Positions 27,326 through 34,828 are shown, counted from the stretch's first letter. The stretch: 55,785 nt of DNA from a bacterium (GCA_030647555.1 JAUSJG010000030.1:1-55785); one strand, 5' to 3'. Notes: a model not told the origin generated them from the letters alone. Program-made: numbers and translations.

Positions 27326-28024
27326 TCAAGCTTCCTGGATGCCTTTTATCAGTCCCATTATTTTATAAAATAGTTCGGTAGAATTGATTCTTATTTGAGC
27401 TGTGCCGTAAGGTAAACAATTAAACTTTTTTGTTCTTTTGCTAGAGATACTCACTCCCCTATACACTTTGCCCAGGTTTTCTTTTGGTATTTTTGTAATT
27501 TCTTGCCAATATCTCATTATTTTATTTTCATCCATTCCATCGTAAAGATGAACAGAAAGTTTAATTTTTGTTTCATTCACGTTAAGACATTTTCTAAGAA
27601 ATAGCAGAAATATCTTAATTAATTCCGGATCAGAATTTGATAGTGAAACCGGGTGATAGGTGCGTTCTTTGTTTCGTACGATAATTTGTTTTTTGTATCC
27701 CTCTCCCCAATAAAGTGCGGTTCCAATTAGCAATAGTTCGCGGGTGGAAAGTTCTCCTACAGTAGCTTTTGATATTCTTAATGTTTCTTGTGAGCGTTCA
27801 AGCGCTAATTTTGTTTGATGTATATTTCTTCGGATTAATCCCTTTTTTGAGCCCTTGTATACCCTGGAATCGATTCTATTTTGTGCTTGAACGGAAAGCT
27901 CAATATTTTCAAGCCATGAATATAAAGTGCTTTTTGGAATATGGAGAATAGAAACAATTTCATTGTAACTTTTGCCACTTTTTCGTAATTCCCTTGCTTG
28001 CTCAATTTCGTTTAAGCTGTGCAT
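27326..28024 (-). CDS. HTH + single-motif LAGLIDADG-like endonuclease-family protein
   Basis: N-terminal HTH KSGKSYNEIVSILHIPKSTLYSWL; LLLIGTALYWGEGYK (LAGLIDADG-type helix with acidic residue); VSLSNSDPELIKIFLLFLRK; paralog of 53470-54174. Confidence 0.55.
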   Translation of the reverse strand: MHSLNEIEQARELRKSGKSYNEIVSILHIPKSTLYSWLENIELSVQAQNRIDSRVYKGSKKGLIRRNIHQTKLALERSQETLRISKATVGELSTRELLLIGTALYWGEGYKKQIIVRNKERTYHPVSLSNSDPELIKIFLLFLRKCLNVNETKIKLSVHLYDGMDENKIMRYWQEITKIPKENLGKVYRGVSISSKRTKKFNCLPYGTAQIRINSTELFYKIMGLIKGIQEA

Positions 28025-28110
28025 TATCAGTAGTATAGCACAGCAGTTCGTATTTTACAAAATACGCAAGATTCGCTACCCTACATATAACAATACTTGC
28101 TATTGTTAAT

Positions 28111-28426
28111 GCCGCGGTAGCTCAGCGGTAGAGCGCAGCCCTGGAAACTTCGGGGCCCGGTACAGCAATGAACCGTGAATAACTGGGTGAATTCGGGGAA
28201 ACTTTCTTTCGTCTTTGGAAAAACAAAGACCCATGCCAGCCCATGGACAGAAACAATCCCGAGCCGAGCCAAAAAGGGTAACAAGTTTTTTGGAAGGTGT
28301 AGAGACTAGCGGGTGAGTCCCAACGATAATCCCGCACTAGCGCCCAGCTCCGTGATATTACGGATGATGAGATAGTCCAAATAAAGGAAGAGGCTGGCGT
28401 CGACAGTTCGACTCTGTCCCGCGGCA
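28111..28426 (+). tRNA. tRNA-Phe(GAA) interrupted by a 244-nt group I intron
   Basis: exon 1 GCCGCGGTAGCTCAGCGGTAGAGCGCAGCCCT + exon 2 GAAGAGGCTGGCGTCGACAGTTCGACTCTGTCCCGCGGCA gives a canonical cloverleaf with loop CTGAAGA. Confidence 0.8.
28143..28386 (+). ncRNA. group I intron (ORF-less) in the anticodon loop, between U33 and G34
   Basis: 5' exon ends in U that can pair CCCU with the internal guide GGGG (28152-28155); intron ends in G; R/S-like core GTAGAGACTAGCGG (28299-28312) and GAGATAGTCC (28369-28378) forming a P7-like GACUA/UAGUC. Confidence 0.75.
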
Positions 28427-28553
28427 CTCGAGATTTGTTTCGCTTTGCGAAACAACCAAGGGTACACCAAATGACCAAACATCCTGTTTGGTCATTTGGC
28501 ACAAGAATCGAAGAACTCCGAGAATGAGCGCCAAGAGGCGTGAATTCTCGGAG
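28427..28553 (-). repeat. multi-hairpin trailer element, copy 2 (directly 3' of tRNA-Phe)
   Basis: CTCGAGATTTGTTTCGCTTTGCGAAAC identical to the tRNA-Leu trailer, then hairpins CCAAATGACCAAAC..GTTTGGTCATTTGG and CTCCGAGAAT..ATTCTCGGAG. Confidence 0.7.
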
Positions 28554-28565
28554 CCAATTTATACA

Positions 28566-28590
28566 AAAATCCGGCTTTCGCCGGATTTTT
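28566..28590. terminator. bidirectional intrinsic terminator
   Basis: AAAAATCCGGCTTTCGCCGGATTTTT between convergent tRNA-Phe and 28617-29303. Confidence 0.7.
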
Positions 28591-28616
28591 CGCTTATACT
28601 CCAACTTTCTAATAAA

Positions 28617-29303
28617 TTAGAAGCTTAGAATGTTTTGCGCCGTAACGGTAATCGTCTGGATGAAGTGACTAATATCGGTAAAGATGCTAGTTACTGGAAT
28701 GAAGACAGTACCTTCTGAATGGGTTTTGCCCGTCAGAGTTTGACTTTGTGCCGGGTCGATGCGTCGAATGACCGGTGCTGGAACCACTACGAAATTGTTT
28801 GATTGCGTGAGGGTGCCAGTGGCCGCGCTTTGGTTTTCTCCAACTTTGGAGAATTGCGCGATCGATGAGTTTTCGCTCAAGTTGGCCGTCGCATCATTTG
28901 TGTGTTGCGATTGGGCAACGCTACCGATCGTGTCGGACGCGACATTGCTGAAGCCTGTACCTGAAGAACAAGGGGCTGGGTTACCACAACCGGAAACGCT
29001 GTTCCAAGTTAGTGCTGAACCGACGTTACCACCCTGTGCTTGTGCAAACGAACCATTCGAGTGCGTCAATGATTGGCCGGCGGTCGCTGCGGATTGCGCG
29101 ACGGCGTTATTGCCGAGTTGAGTTGCGGTGCTAACATTGGCATTCTGTTGCGCCGTGTAGGACGCAGTGCCAGCTCTTTCACCGCTTTGTGCTTGGTCAA
29201 AGGAGACTAAAGCCCATGAGCCGTTTCCGGCCATTGCTGAAGATGCAACCAAGGACAACGCCGCAATTGGAGCAGTAACTAATAGATTTTTGATTTTGAA
29301 CAT
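28617..29303 (-). CDS. secreted Q/N/S/A/T-rich low-complexity protein
   Basis: signal peptide ...SSAMA; strong SD GGAGG; loose Q-x-G-x-x-N-x-A-like repeats (TQLGNNAVAQS, AQAQGGNVGSA). Confidence 0.6.
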   Translation of the reverse strand: MFKIKNLLVTAPIAALSLVASSAMAGNGSWALVSFDQAQSGERAGTASYTAQQNANVSTATQLGNNAVAQSAATAGQSLTHSNGSFAQAQGGNVGSALTWNSVSGCGNPAPCSSGTGFSNVASDTIGSVAQSQHTNDATANLSENSSIAQFSKVGENQSAATGTLTQSNNFVVVPAPVIRRIDPAQSQTLTGKTHSEGTVFIPVTSIFTDISHFIQTITVTAQNILSF

Positions 29304-29515
29304 ATATTTTACCTCCTTTCAAGAGAAGATTGGCTAAAACAGCCATTCTTATCTGTTTAAACTAATCTTATATTATTAAATATCTTGTGTGTAAGGACAC
29401 ACCCCTGGAAACTGACATAACGGAGCGGAAAACGCACAAAAATAACGAACAACCTCCGTTTGTGTTCTTAATATAGGACTTTATAGGAAAATTGCAATGG
29501 GAATGTCAAGCTTCG

Positions 29516-29590
29516 TGGTGGGCAGTGCAGGGATCGAACCTGCGGCCTCCTCGGTGTAAACGAGATGCTCTACCGCTGAGCTAACTGCCC
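29516..29590 (-). tRNA. tRNA-Val(TAC)
   Basis: GGGCAGT-TA-GCTCAGCGGTAGAGC-A-TCTCG-TTTACAC-CGAGG-AGGCC-GCAGGTTCGATCCCTGC-ACTGCCC-A-CCA. Confidence 0.9.
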
Positions 29591-29673
29591 GGACAAGGAT
29601 GTCTTTGTTTATCGAGATTACTTCATTTTGTTATTGTTTTCAAGGTGTCTAGCTCAGTTGGTCTAGTGTGGGG

Positions 29674-29801
29674 CTTCGAAACTTCGCGCATCCGAGCACG
29701 AAGATTTCGAAGTTCTTCGATTCTTGTGCAAAACAACCAAACGGGATGTTTGGTTGTTTTGTGTACATTGTATGGTTTCGCAAAGCGAAACAAATCTCGA
29801 G
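29674..29801 (+). repeat. multi-hairpin trailer element, copy 3 (directly 3' of tRNA-Leu in gene sense)
   Basis: CTTCGAAACTTCGCGC..GCACGAAGATTTCGAAG, AAAACAACCAAACGGGATGTTTGGTTGTTTT, GGTTTCGCAAAGCGAAAC, CTCGAG junction. Confidence 0.7.
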
Positions 29802-29885
29802 TGCGGCCGATGGGACTCGAACCCACACGAGCTAAGCTCACACGCCCCTCAAGCGTGCACGTGCTACCAATTTCGTCACGGCCGC
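29802..29885 (-). tRNA. tRNA-Leu(GAG)
   Basis: GCGGCCG acceptor, anticodon arm CACGC-TTGAGGG-GCGTG, long variable arm, T arm GTGGG-TTCGAGT-CCCAT; no encoded CCA. Confidence 0.85.
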
Positions 29886-29920
29886 AACATTAGGGATCAT
29901 ATCAGTGATTGGTGATGTTT

Positions 29921-30649
29921 TCAAGAGATCTTTATTGCATGATTTTTGTCGGAGAATGTGGGTATTATTCCATTTTTTGCGTTGCTTAATGCTGTCCACT
30001 GTCTATCCATTTTATCTTTCTTTCTCTTAAGAAATAGGTCGGTTTGGTTATCGTATAAAGCGTTAAATAGCGGTCTTGCTTTTGTTTTTGAATACTGAAG
30101 AACATATATGCTTCTCGCCTTTTTTATGCAGCCCACGATTTCAAGTAAAAATAGTACTTTCTTCTGGATCCATTCCAAGTGTGGCCTGCTTGCGGAACAA
30201 AAATTCATGTAGAGGGATACACTGCTACGCCATCGTGTATCCCAATATGCACATGATGATCCATCACCGTCGAATTCTCCACGCAGATGATCAAAAAAGA
30301 AGCGGTCTGGCACGTTTATTGCACCGATAGTCTTGCTTTTTCTGGGCGTTATTCCGATACTGATGAACCATCGGTATAATTCAACATCGCCAAATTGTAG
30401 TTGGCCATACATTTTTCGTGGTTCGCCGCCTCGTGATTTGTAACTTATTTTAACTTTTAATTTTAGGATCTTTTTGAATAGTAATAATTGTTCTGTATCT
30501 TTTGATGTCAGATTTAGATGACGGCCGTCTGATATAAGACAACCGTCGGTAGCCATAAGCCCACAAGCGTAAGCTAATTCTGATGTCCACGTAGTCGGAG
30601 TTGTGCATCGTGGTTTTGGTCCGGGTTTCTTTTTTATTTTTGTTTCCAC
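29921..30649 (-). CDS. double-motif LAGLIDADG homing-endonuclease-family protein
   Basis: LAYACGLMATDGCL and FDHLRGEFDGDGSS motifs with about 100-aa spacing. Confidence 0.75.
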   Translation of the reverse strand: METKIKKKPGPKPRCTTPTTWTSELAYACGLMATDGCLISDGRHLNLTSKDTEQLLLFKKILKLKVKISYKSRGGEPRKMYGQLQFGDVELYRWFISIGITPRKSKTIGAINVPDRFFFDHLRGEFDGDGSSCAYWDTRWRSSVSLYMNFCSASRPHLEWIQKKVLFLLEIVGCIKKARSIYVLQYSKTKARPLFNALYDNQTDLFLKRKKDKMDRQWTALSNAKNGIIPTFSDKNHAIKIS

Positions 30650-30690
30650 AATACAATAGTACGGTAAACGTACGGCATAGTCAAGTCAAG

Positions 30691-30715
30691 AAAAAACCCG
30701 CAATTGGTGCGGGTT
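30691..30715 (-). terminator. intrinsic terminator for 30746-31303
   Basis: AACCCGCAATTGGTGCGGGTT preceded on the plus strand by AAAAAA. Confidence 0.65.
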
Positions 30716-30745
30716 AGGACGAAACGCGGAGTGCGAGTCGTGAAC

Positions 30746-31303
30746 TTATTCTTGGCCGATGAACTTCTGCCATTCCGGCGACTGTCGGTTGACGGTGTTG
30801 AACCCCTGATCGGCCATGACGCGGAGGACGTCAAGCGGTTTTCCGCCTTGTCCCGCCGCTTGTAGCAGGCCGGCCATGAACAAATCCTCATCAAATTCTT
30901 GGCTCGTCACATCCGTCCCGTGGACAAATTGGGCGAAGAGAACGGACTCCACTTTTTCGCTAGGCCCAGGTATGTGAGCACGATAGTTTACTGTTTCGCC
31001 GTCCCACTCCATGCCGATTTGTCCCGCCCATTTCTTTTGGATTTGATGAAGCGCGTCTGTCAACGCACCTTGTGTCCCAAAACCGAACTCACTGGGATCG
31101 TGATCGTCGTAATCACAAAACGTTTGTCCGATACACAGTGTATCGTGAACGATTTTAGACAAGTGATAGCCGAAGAGTGGGTTTTCTCCGATTTCTGCCA
31201 ATTCCAGCATATCTCTTGTGGCTTGAGCAACTAGAGTGTCAGTAAAACTAGTGAGATGGTCAAGAAACGCACTAAGTGACGGAATCGACATCGAAAGAGG
31301 CAT
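30746..31303 (-). CDS. hypothetical acidic cytoplasmic protein
   Basis: 185-aa ORF, AAGGAG SD, GC-richer than its surroundings. Confidence 0.55.
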   Translation of the reverse strand: MPLSMSIPSLSAFLDHLTSFTDTLVAQATRDMLELAEIGENPLFGYHLSKIVHDTLCIGQTFCDYDDHDPSEFGFGTQGALTDALHQIQKKWAGQIGMEWDGETVNYRAHIPGPSEKVESVLFAQFVHGTDVTSQEFDEDLFMAGLLQAAGQGGKPLDVLRVMADQGFNTVNRQSPEWQKFIGQE

Positions 31304-31467
31304 GAGGTTCTCCTTGTGAAAAACGAAACAACATTCAGGTCAACGGAACACTGAATTGTATATTTTAGTATGATTTTGTCAAGCGAAAGCTGGACAATCA
31401 GTGACCGACCCTGAACCCAACGTGGTTCAGGGACAGTCCCTGCGTGGGAGCACGGGGACGTGCTCCC

Positions 31468-32049
31468 CTACGATGTTTTATTGATTTTCTTTAATATCAG
31501 GGGGATTCTGGACGCGTCTTGAAACATTACTTCTCTTAAACTGCCATTATAAAGCGCGGCGGCGGGGTGATACATCGGATAGTAAACCAGTTTATCTTTA
31601 CGGAATGGTTTGCCATGGGCTTTGCCGATTGCCAATTCCGGTAGAAAGCGGGCCAATGAATGGCGACCCAATAGAACGATTATTTTTGGGGCGATGATTT
31701 CGACTTGCTTTTGCAAGTAGGGCCAGCAAGCCGTAACCTCTTCTGGTAATGGGTCGCGATTGCCCGGTGGTCGATGTTTAACCACATTGGCGATAAAAAC
31801 GTCGTTGCGCGTGAGGCCGATATGTTGTAGTAGTGCTTCGAGTAGTTTTCCCGCTGCCCCAACGAAAGGGCGGCCAAGCTCATCTTCTTTTTTGCCCGGG
31901 CCTTCGCCGATAAAAAGAATGTCGGCGTTGGGATTACCTTCACCGGGAACAGCATTGGTGGTGTTTTTATAGAGTGGGCAAAGTTGGCAAGTCTTGATCT
32001 TGGCTACTAATTCTTCGAGCTTTTCTTTCTTTTGTTCCAGAGTGGACAT
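31468..32049 (-). CDS. uracil-DNA glycosylase, family 4
   Basis: CQLCPL...VPGEGNPNADILFIGEGPG..ED..GRPFVGAAGKLL and HP motifs typical of family-4 UDG. Confidence 0.85.
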   Translation of the reverse strand: MSTLEQKKEKLEELVAKIKTCQLCPLYKNTTNAVPGEGNPNADILFIGEGPGKKEDELGRPFVGAAGKLLEALLQHIGLTRNDVFIANVVKHRPPGNRDPLPEEVTACWPYLQKQVEIIAPKIIVLLGRHSLARFLPELAIGKAHGKPFRKDKLVYYPMYHPAAALYNGSLREVMFQDASRIPLILKKINKTS

Positions 32050-32057
32050 GTAAAGTT

Positions 32058-32188
32058 ATTAATTATCAATTATCAATTCCCAATTTTCAATTAATTATCA
32101 ATGGTTTAATTATCAATTACGGCGTCGTATTTTGATAATTTAAAAATTGATCATTAATTGATAATTGGTCATTGAAAATTGATAATTT
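32058..32188. repeat. AT-rich long palindromic intergenic element, copy 3
   Basis: ttatcaattatcaattcccaattttcaattaattatcaatgg...ACGGCGTCGT...gatcattaattgataattggtcattgaaaattgataattt. Confidence 0.75.
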
Positions 32189-32212
32189 AGGGCTAATTAT
32201 TTTCTGAATAAG

Positions 32213-33052
32213 TTATATATTATTACGCATTTTTTTCAACAACTCCAAATCCTGAGTCTGTCTCTCCTCTCCTCCCGGGGTCTCCAATATCCAATTTATT
32301 TTGGAAAAAGTTTTATTGGCCATGAGATTTTTAAAAGTATTGATTCCCAACTTGCCGTTACCAATATCATCGTGACGATCTTTGAATTCGCCCAGCTCAA
32401 ATTTTGAATCATTTGCATGTAGGAGTTTTATTTTATCCAATGCAAGATATTTCTTAAATTCTTTTAGCGTGTTGGCGATTTCCTCGGACGTACGAATTGC
32501 ATATCCGGACGCGAACATGTGACAACTGTCCAGACAAATACCGATGTCTTCGCTTACTCCGTCAATAATTTGTCCCAATTCTTCAAATCTGGCACCCACT
32601 ACTCCACCCGCACCGGCGGAATTTTCCAAGAGTAGTTTTGTCGTCCATTTTTCAGGTTTCTTATATATTTCTTTTATTCGCTCGATTGTTTGTTTGATTG
32701 CTTCGTCCTTGCCTAGATCTTTACTTGAACCAAGGTGGGTCATTACATGTTTAACACCCAAGGCTGTACCCCGTTCTAATTCCTCACGAATGGTGGCGGC
32801 GGAGCCGTGCGAAATACGATCATTGCCAGATGCGAAATTGATGTAGTATGGCGCGTGGATGTAGCTTTCCATGCCGTATTCTTTGGTTTTTCCTTTGAAC
32901 AGGTCGGCAATTTCTTTGGTGATAGGTCTGCTGGGACCGCCACGCGGACTGCGCGAAAAGAACTGAAAAACCTCGCAACCGAGGAGTTTTGCGTTGTCGG
33001 GGGCGAGATCTAATGATCCTGCGCCTGATACGTGAGCACCTATGAGTGACAT
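32213..33052 (-). CDS. nfo: endonuclease IV (AP endonuclease)
   Basis: IGAHVS, HAPYYINFAS, MTHLGS, LENSAG, CLDSCHMFASGY, HANDSK...DRHDDIGNG metal-ligand pattern. Confidence 0.85.
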   Translation of the reverse strand: MSLIGAHVSGAGSLDLAPDNAKLLGCEVFQFFSRSPRGGPSRPITKEIADLFKGKTKEYGMESYIHAPYYINFASGNDRISHGSAATIREELERGTALGVKHVMTHLGSSKDLGKDEAIKQTIERIKEIYKKPEKWTTKLLLENSAGAGGVVGARFEELGQIIDGVSEDIGICLDSCHMFASGYAIRTSEEIANTLKEFKKYLALDKIKLLHANDSKFELGEFKDRHDDIGNGKLGINTFKNLMANKTFSKINWILETPGGEERQTQDLELLKKMRNNI

Positions 33053-33116
33053 GAGGACACTATAAGACAGAAGCTGGAGTTTTCAAAACATACATAATCT
33101 GTAAAAGATTATGAAT

Positions 33117-33277
33117 AATTTTCAATTATCAATTCCCAATTTTTCCGCCATCGGGCGGACCCGCCGTCGTGGCGGGCAATAAATTATCAATGGCCTAATT
33201 ATCAATTACGACGTCGTCTTTTGATAATTTAAAATTTGATCATTAATTGATAATTGGTCATTGAAAATTGATAATTT
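33117..33277. repeat. AT-rich long palindromic intergenic element, copy 4, carrying a nested 33-nt GC insert
   Basis: collinear with copies 3 and 5 except for 33144-33176. Confidence 0.75.
33144..33176 (+). mobile_element. 33-nt GC-rich double-hairpin insertion element
   Basis: TCCGCCATCGGGCGGACCCGCCGTCGTGGCGGG sits between cccaatttt and caataaatt, which are contiguous in copies 3 and 5; second copy at 53220-53252. Confidence 0.7.
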
Positions 33278-33284
33278 GTAAGTA

Positions 33285-34493
33285 CTAGTATCGTTCCAAT
33301 GTGATGTTTACACTCTTCTGCTCAACAGCAACGGCCGTCGTCTGGTCCGGTGTTACAATGTCACTCACCTGTGGTTGGACGCTAAAAGTTCCATCGTTTT
33401 TACCCGAAGCACTGATGTAGATTTTCGCGTCATTATTCTGCAGGTTGGAAACATTTTTTCCTCTTAGAGAAACCTTCAGCGATGTCGGATTAACAGTGGA
33501 CGCGCGTAAACCATCGGGTAAATCTTTTATGGAAATCGGAGCGCTGATTTCTTTGGTGTCTTCCAACGGCGCGATATCAACGCGGGCCCTAATTGTTGTT
33601 TCACCGGAAGATAATTTTACTCCATTAGGTAGTGTCGGTTTTAAATCCCCATCGCGGGCGGAAATGGCACCGTCGATATTGATTGGTTCGGTGTCTACCA
33701 AAGTAAGTGGATCAACTAAATTACGATCGCCGGTAACTTCTATGGTCACTGGTGTTGTAGTGATACCGCGCACAAAATAACCGTTTTGTGGCGTGCCTTG
33801 GGTTTTTACGCGGATACCAAGGTTTTTGCTGATTTGTGTTTGTTCAACGGCAATTTTCACTCGAACACGATCAACGCCCGATTGAACGCCTGTCGGTAAA
33901 ACCAAATAGGCATCGCCTTCAAACGCTTCCTTGATTCCTGCCACATTGATTTTGGCATCAATACCGGCGGAAAGGGTCTGAAAAAGTCCTAACGCCGCGC
34001 GTACTTTCACCAATTGCGGGGTGGGTTGAATTATTCCAAGCTGGTACCCTTCCGCAGGACTGCCTTCGGGGATAACTCTCACGGGTACTTCCCGTTCAAC
34101 GGATGGATCAAGAGCAACCGTGATGGAGTTTGGTACAACGGAAATTATTGTTGCGTTGGGGATAGAAGTTGTTACCGAGACTGAAACGGTGCGTTCACCG
34201 ATGCCGCTGCCGCTAAGATCGATAAAGGCGCGAACCAGTTGGTTTTTGTCTTGTGATGTGACGGCATTATTCGTTAGTGGGGCGCGCAACTGAACGGTGA
34301 CTTTTGGAAGATTTTCACCCAGTCCAAGTCCGGTTGGAATATTGACGATGTCCGGAGTGATATTGTCGATCGTGACTGTGTGATTTCCCAAAAAACTAAG
34401 TGTAGCCCATAAACCGACGGCAACGGCTAAGGCAAGCAGTTTAATGTTTAAGTCTTTTGTGAAAAACGCGAGGAGATTTATTTTTCGTTCCAT
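33285..34493 (-). CDS. YbbR-domain protein (CdaR-like)
   Basis: one N-terminal TM then four repeated beta-rich modules of about 90 aa (V.V..P.G) typical of YbbR repeats; start at MERKINLL (ORF extends to 34538). Confidence 0.65.
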   Translation of the reverse strand: MERKINLLAFFTKDLNIKLLALAVAVGLWATLSFLGNHTVTIDNITPDIVNIPTGLGLGENLPKVTVQLRAPLTNNAVTSQDKNQLVRAFIDLSGSGIGERTVSVSVTTSIPNATIISVVPNSITVALDPSVEREVPVRVIPEGSPAEGYQLGIIQPTPQLVKVRAALGLFQTLSAGIDAKINVAGIKEAFEGDAYLVLPTGVQSGVDRVRVKIAVEQTQISKNLGIRVKTQGTPQNGYFVRGITTTPVTIEVTGDRNLVDPLTLVDTEPINIDGAISARDGDLKPTLPNGVKLSSGETTIRARVDIAPLEDTKEISAPISIKDLPDGLRASTVNPTSLKVSLRGKNVSNLQNNDAKIYISASGKNDGTFSVQPQVSDIVTPDQTTAVAVEQKSVNITLERY

Positions 34494-34494
34494 A

Positions 34495-34632
34495 CCCAGT
34501 ATATCAACTTCCAATTTGAACGAACGCGGTTCGTTCAAAACGGGAGAGGATTAAGGTTGAGACTTTGTGTTTATTCATAATTTTGTTAATAATACAGTTC
34601 ATTGAGTTAAAATTGGAAGTTGTATTACTGGG
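34495..34632. repeat. inverted-repeat element abutting the start codon (copy 1)
   Basis: CCCAGTATATCAACTTCCAATTT ... AAATTGGAAGTTGTATTACTGGG; same ends at 40037-40180. Confidence 0.65.
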
Positions 34633-34671
34633 CATACAATATAGATGATAGCACAAAAAGAAAAGCTAAAT

Positions 34672-34691
34672 TGTATCGATATATCGATACA
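34672..34691. promoter_or_regulatory. perfect 20-bp palindrome (operator-like)
   Basis: TGTATCGATATATCGATACA. Confidence 0.35.
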
Positions 34692-34828
34692 AAAGTTTTA
34701 GGGAATAATCCCTAATACGGCGACCGTTTTTTGTAATTACCTCTGGATTATTTGGGGTCACACGTAATAGTGGGATAGATACAATTAATCGGCCTGTGTG
34801 CTTATCATCTTGTTTTGTATGTTCAAGT

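Noticed and set aside
28122-28604. 160-aa minus-strand ORF overlapping the tRNA-Phe intron; considered as an intron-encoded endonuclease
   Set aside because: It is antisense to the tRNA and intron, spans exon 2 and the hairpin trailer, has no nuclease motif and no SD. It is most likely a chance ORF in structured GC-rich RNA-coding DNA.
29645-29673. GTGTCTAGCTCAGTTGGTCTAGTG looks like a tRNA acceptor/D-arm on the plus strand
   Set aside because: No anticodon arm, T arm or acceptor 3' strand follows. It runs straight into the hairpin trailer element, so at best it is a tRNA remnant.
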